Origin: Lingula anatina
Lineage: Eukaryota > Animalia > Brachiopoda
DNA length: 64,000 bases
Direction of reading: 5' to 3'
Assembly (NCBI GenBank): GCA_051362555.1
Contig: CM120642.1
Coordinates: forward strand, 22,444,001 to 22,508,000
Part shown: positions 63,001-64,000 of the stretch, in pieces
Position numbering within the stretch: position 1 is the stretch's first letter
Layout: each line of letters opens with the position of its first letter
Position numbers and translations under genes: made by a program
Notes under the pieces: generated by a model
Told to the model about the DNA's origin: nothing
Databases searched by the model: none
Seen by the model: only the letters and a program-made list of their open reading frames with translations

Positions 63001-63178
63001 AATATACTGAAAATCAAATAGTTATATTATATGGTGAGGGGTGGCTGCAAATGTGCTGATTCTTCTGCATATTTCGATTACCAGTGGATCTGAAATAGTA
63101 CTTTATAAAACATTGAGCTTCTTACCTTTTCGTCAACTGCGGCTTGATAAGCAGAGCTTCTGCTGTCTTACCGGGCAT
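9660..63178 (-). CDS. DNMT1: DNA (cytosine-5)-methyltransferase 1, spliced gene, 22 coding exons in window (780 aa); 3' end with catalytic domain lies outside the window
   Basis: Hand-spliced GT-AG exons join in frame. Motifs: MPGKT start, PIP box [12 protein letters not shown] ([15 protein letters not shown]; [13 protein letters not shown]; [15 protein letters not shown]), CXXC ([34 protein letters not shown]), BAH1, start of BAH2. Confidence 0.97.
10045..10156 (-). CDS. DNMT1: DNMT1 exon 21 ([12 protein letters not shown]...HCASCSR)
   Basis: 112 bp, GT-AG, phase 2/0. Confidence 0.96.
11179..12347 (-). mobile_element. 5'-truncated RTE-clade LINE (RT C-terminal half), inactive
   Basis: ORF 11320-12246 with [27 protein letters not shown] (catalytic DD changed to DN), [18 protein letters not shown]; (TGA)n 3' tail at 11179-11190. 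Confidence 0.92.
12925..13132. mobile_element. ~210-bp MITE (copy 1)
   Basis: GCATTCCCAtAGAT ... ATCTCTGGGAATGC inverted ends; interior matches 57884-58102. Confidence 0.7.
13182..13294 (-). CDS. DNMT1: DNMT1 exon 20, BAH1 ([15 protein letters not shown]...DGKTFFYQK)
   Basis: 113 bp, GT-AG, phase 0/2. Confidence 0.96.
13651..13756 (-). CDS. DNMT1: DNMT1 exon 19, BAH1 ([23 protein letters not shown]...)
   Basis: 106 bp, GT-AG, phase 2/0. Confidence 0.95.
14204..14325 (-). CDS. DNMT1: DNMT1 exon 18, BAH1 ([20 protein letters not shown]...CHAWWF)
   Basis: 122 bp, GT-AG, phase 0/2. Confidence 0.96.
14946..15029 (-). CDS. DNMT1: DNMT1 exon 17 ([28 protein letters not shown])
   Basis: 84 bp, GT-AG, phase 0/0; WxG..K.YY motif. 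Confidence 0.92.
15437..15750 (-). mobile_element. Degenerate short HINE family C
   Basis: ACTAGAAAAGCACTCAGAG start, shared with 47749-47972. Confidence 0.55.
15936..15998 (-). CDS. DNMT1: DNMT1 exon 16 ([21 protein letters not shown])
   Basis: 63 bp, cAG / GTTTGT, phase 0/0; corresponds to the SPKK segment before BAH1. Confidence 0.8.
16385..17053. mobile_element. Kolobok-like non-autonomous DNA transposon
   Basis: TTAA on both sides, AGG...CCT termini, ~70-bp near-perfect TIR (AGGGGAATACAAGTCTCTGGGGACCTAAATTCAAT...). Confidence 0.85.
18769..19830. repeat. Diverged tandem duplication of a ~500-bp unit
   Basis: GCAACCACC..ACGACCATTAATGA at 18770 and 19268; ACCGTTGGTAAGAGTAGC and TAATTAACGCAG.CAGGAATA present in both units. 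Confidence 0.8.
21015..21085 (-). other. tRNA-like (Pol III A/B box) relic, probably SINE/TE-derived
   Basis: Minus strand TGGTGGAACAACGG (A-box-like) ... GAGTTCGTGTCC (B-box-like); no clean cloverleaf. Confidence 0.35.
21909..21984 (-). CDS. DNMT1: DNMT1 exon 15, acidic autoinhibitory linker ([13 protein letters not shown]...)
   Basis: 76 bp, cAG / GTGAGT, phase 2/0. Confidence 0.95.
22521..22618 (-). CDS. DNMT1: DNMT1 exon 14, CXXC zinc finger ([32 protein letters not shown])
   Basis: 98 bp, GT-AG, phase 0/2; KFGG motif. Confidence 0.98.
23006..23180 (-). CDS. DNMT1: DNMT1 exon 13, linker to start of CXXC (...RRQRCGICE)
   Basis: 175 bp, cAG / GTAAGT, phase 2/0. Confidence 0.95.
23206..24556. 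mobile_element. hAT-like non-autonomous element with 5-bp TSD (hAT5-type)
   Basis: CAGGGCT...AGCCCTG termini, subterminal GGACAGG / CCTGTCC repeats, TGTAT on both sides. Confidence 0.85.
24578..24720 (+). mobile_element. Degenerate L2/CR1-type LINE RT fragment
   Basis: [21 protein letters not shown] resembles the CIxDIRxWMxxNKLMxNDSKTE motif of L2-clade RTs. Confidence 0.5.
25267..26855 (-). mobile_element. HINE family B, diverged copy
   Basis: ACTAGAGGATC start, TTGTACCACCAGC, ~146-bp units, degenerate terminal hairpin. Confidence 0.8.
26894..26997 (-). CDS. DNMT1: DNMT1 exon 12 (VESYDQGAD...[15 protein letters not shown])
   Basis: 104 bp, GT-AG, phase 0/2. Confidence 0.96.
27330..27780 (-). 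mobile_element. Possible highly degraded L1/Tx1-type LINE 3' fragment
   Basis: Frameshifted minus-strand reading resembling W..IQSTTV.KLR..QFRI.HKI.PT.R.LF (zf-RVT region). Confidence 0.3.
28011..28059. repeat. poly(A) tract after (CAA)n
   Basis: Direct reading. Confidence 0.9.
28355..28432 (-). CDS. DNMT1: DNMT1 exon 11 ([26 protein letters not shown])
   Basis: 78 bp, GT-AG, phase 0/0. Confidence 0.96.
28455..31612 (-). mobile_element. HINE family B, full-length, interrupted by a MITE
   Basis: Same termini, hairpins, 146-bp array and (CGGAGC)n as 7117-9031. Confidence 0.85.
29387..30358. mobile_element. Zator- or PIF/Harbinger-like MITE
   Basis: TIR GGCCACACTTTTT.A.TTTTATGGATGACATCCT; TAA TSD confirmed against empty site GGAGATAAAAGGGAA in neighbouring repeat units. 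Confidence 0.85.
31836..31987 (-). CDS. DNMT1: DNMT1 exon 10, RFTS ([17 protein letters not shown]...[10 protein letters not shown])
   Basis: 152 bp, GT-AG, phase 1/0. Confidence 0.97.
32131..33165 (-). mobile_element. Degenerate HINE family A copies (second start at ~32296, nested)
   Basis: AACAA.GCAG.AAAGCTGTCAAA at ~32132 and ~32296. Confidence 0.65.
33190..33282 (-). CDS. DNMT1: DNMT1 exon 9, RFTS ([23 protein letters not shown])
   Basis: 93 bp, GT-AG, phase 1/1. Confidence 0.97.
34294..34412 (-). CDS. DNMT1: DNMT1 exon 8, RFTS ([39 protein letters not shown])
   Basis: 119 bp, GT-AG, phase 2/1. Confidence 0.97.
35392..35501 (-). CDS. DNMT1: DNMT1 exon 7, RFTS ([15 protein letters not shown]...RPQHKVTNF)
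   Basis: 110 bp, GT-AG, phase 0/2. Confidence 0.95.
35944..36085 (-). CDS. DNMT1: DNMT1 exon 6, start of RFTS ([24 protein letters not shown])
   Basis: cAG / GTTAG, 142 bp, phase 2/0. Confidence 0.93.
36934..37470 (-). mobile_element. Degenerate HINE family B-related copy (fragment also at 33445-33515)
   Basis: GATCAGAGGCGATACTGCCTCC..TACCACCAG and core-repeat remnants. Confidence 0.6.
37655..37798 (-). CDS. DNMT1: DNMT1 exon 5 ([10 protein letters not shown]...EEKRIKTE), NLS-like
   Basis: tAG / GTGAG, 144 bp, phase 2/2. Confidence 0.85.
38064..42663 (-). mobile_element. Sola3-like DNA transposon with ~1.1-kb inverted arms and a decayed, spliced transposase 5' portion
   Basis: TTAA both sides, GTGCC...GGCAC termini, long TIRs. 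Minus-strand exon relics 41501-41917 ([27 protein letters not shown]), 40981-41207 (LCKRC) and 40274-40660 ([23 protein letters not shown]). Family assignment is from recalled motifs and terminal features, not a search. Confidence 0.7.
41065..41167. mobile_element. ~100-bp TIR element inserted in the transposase exon
   Basis: GGGGCCG..ATAGTCCGAA / TTCAGACTAT..CGCCCC ends, internal TTCGGACCAATGAACC x2, GTGAC(A/G) flanks. Confidence 0.65.
42866..44154. mobile_element. hAT-like element with 5-bp TSD
   Basis: Perfect 14-bp TIR CAGTGTTTCCCCTG, TGTTG on both sides, subterminal CGCCTCG repeats, GGGGCATGCCCCC motif. Confidence 0.9.
44834..44909 (-). CDS. DNMT1: DNMT1 exon 4 with PCNA-binding PIP box ([11 protein letters not shown])
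   Basis: cAG / GTAAGT, 76 bp, phase 1/2; matches the QTTITSHF-type PIP box. Confidence 0.92.
46540..46615. repeat. ~76-bp palindrome / hairpin element
   Basis: AAATCTGCCTAGG.GAGATT..AA arms around central TCGCCTAGGCGA. Confidence 0.7.
46654..46701. repeat. (TG)n microsatellite
   Basis: Direct reading. Confidence 0.95.
46960..47044 (-). CDS. DNMT1: DNMT1 exon 3 ([28 protein letters not shown])
   Basis: tAG acceptor, GTATG donor, 85 bp, phase 0/1; charged low-complexity linker. Confidence 0.75.
47749..47972 (-). mobile_element. Short HINE family C
   Basis: ACTAG terminus; subTIR ACCTCTGCCAAG / CTTGGCAGAGGT with terminal hairpin; GACAGACAAACA microsatellite. Confidence 0.75.
48016..48096. 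repeat. (TA)n microsatellite
   Basis: Direct reading. Confidence 0.95.
49303..53668. mobile_element. Academ-like non-autonomous DNA transposon with ~700-bp TIRs
   Basis: TAGT...ACTA termini; 3-bp TTT TSD deduced from empty site GCATTTTAGTCC (e.g. near 55514); inverted homology 49303-50020 vs 52925-53668; internal ~82-bp degenerate repeats. Confidence 0.75.
50720..51530. mobile_element. Two adjacent related MITEs (50720-50958 and 50970-51530)
   Basis: AG.CT.GGTCCCAAC ... TTGGGACC.AG.CT inverted ends; shared GTAGCTAGATCGCA and GGCCGTAGACCA.ACGTAG. Confidence 0.7.
57884..58102. mobile_element. ~220-bp MITE (copy 2)
   Basis: AGACTG..TTCCCACAGATTT / AAATCTGTGGGAA..CAGTCT ends; homologous to 12925-13132. 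Confidence 0.75.
58391..58439 (-). CDS. DNMT1: DNMT1 exon 2 ([16 protein letters not shown]), part of DMAP1-binding region
   Basis: ttcAG acceptor, GTAAGT donor, 49 bp, phase 2 in / 0 out; resembles LxxLExD..LTEK of DNMT1 exon 2. Confidence 0.85.
58477..60680. mobile_element. hAT-like element with imperfect 5-bp TSD
   Basis: CAGTGTTCTCCAC / GTGGAGAACCATG ends, GCGCCACCTTA subterminal repeats, GGGGAACATGCCCCCGGACCCCCCTAG motif, flanks TGTAT / TGTGT. Confidence 0.7.
60839..61923. mobile_element. hAT-like element with 6-bp TSD
   Basis: Perfect 16-bp TIR CAGGGAGGGAAATGGG; GAAGTG on both sides; internal inverted repeat 60865-60992. Confidence 0.75.
63126..63178 (-). CDS. DNMT1: DNMT1 coding exon 1 ([17 protein letters not shown])
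   Basis: aaaATG context; MPxxT start as in other DNMT1s; donor AG|GTAAGA; phase 2 matches next exon. Confidence 0.8.
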
Positions 63179-63600
63179 TTTAGTGCGAGAAATAACTGTA
63201 AGCACGATTGCTGTAAGTATGACTCTGTTGGTCGCCTTCTTTTCGGTCAAGATTTTCCCGCTACCTTTTGGGCGAGTTTATTGAAAGAGGTAAGGCATTA
63301 TCTATGTGTTAAATCATTTTAATATTCACCAATGAAAAGAATAGCCATCAACAAATACTGAATACATATTTTATTTAAGAAATGTATAAATAAGCAGATT
63401 TGTATATTTCTATGTAAAACACGTCGAAAAAGTTGACTACCTTTGTATACCGACCCCCGCCTTCCTCATTGTTTGATGTCAAGGTCACCTCAAATGTCAC
63501 CGCGAGCAAATTGTGGTAGTCAAGTTCGTGGCGCCTCTCTAACGCATCCTTATAGATCTATAGACTGTACGCGAAGCATTACAGGGCTAGTTCATTTCCA
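63179..63600 (-). promoter_or_regulatory. Probable DNMT1 promoter / 5' UTR with E2F-like sites and GC box
   Basis: TTTCCCGC at 63254-63261, TTTTGGGCG at 63266-63274 and CCCCCGCC near 63454-63461; locally CpG-retaining; E2F control of DNMT1 is established in mammals. Confidence 0.55.
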
Positions 63601-64000
63601 TACACGGAGCTACTAATTGAAAGTTTTTAAATATACATTGATTACAAGGCAAAAATTTAAGTGAAAACTATATGCGTTTCCTCTAGGCCCCACCATTTCA
63701 ATTAAAATAGCATATTCCCCGACTCAAGCGTTGAATCTAATCGTGTCTTTATTGAAAATAGACACCGTGAATGATAGAATAATTTCATAAAATTAAAACA
63801 GGTGGAACACAATATAAAAAAATGGAACATTGACTTTTTTGTATCAAGGGATTGAAACTTTTTTCCTTTTCCACTTAGGGGTCATCCAATTTTGTTATCA
63901 GTAGGGGCCTATAATAGGCCTACGTCTGGTGAATTTGCCAACCTAAGTTGATAGCCTAAAGTAGCAGCAGCGATTTGGGAATGAAAACTGTAATATCGAT

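Overview
AT-rich animal genomic DNA, probably a marine invertebrate; echinoderm-like by protein similarity and scattered TAGGCCTA motifs (inference). The window is almost entirely the 5' part of a minus-strand DNA (cytosine-5)-methyltransferase 1 gene (DNMT1). I assembled 22 GT-AG coding exons by hand from the ATG at 63178 down to 9660 (2340 nt, 780 codons, all phases compatible). They encode a short N-terminus, PCNA-binding PIP box, RFTS, CXXC, BAH1 and the start of BAH2; the catalytic domain lies beyond position 1. The introns are packed with transposons. These include at least three families of Helentron-associated non-autonomous elements (HINE/DINE-1-like, two carrying 146-, 161- and 337-bp tandem arrays), a Sola3-like and an Academ-like element with very long TIRs, hAT-like elements with 5-6 bp TSDs, Kolobok- and Zator/Harbinger-like MITEs, and RTE/L2 LINE relics. 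I found no convincingly new biological system. The most interesting patterns are: recurrent HINE-in-HINE nesting with uniform orientation; a DNMT1 N-terminus that seems to lack the expected DMAP1-binding-domain exon(s); a Sola3-like element with a copy of the transposase first exon in both inverted arms; and several TEs sitting in the branch-point zone of DNMT1 acceptors.
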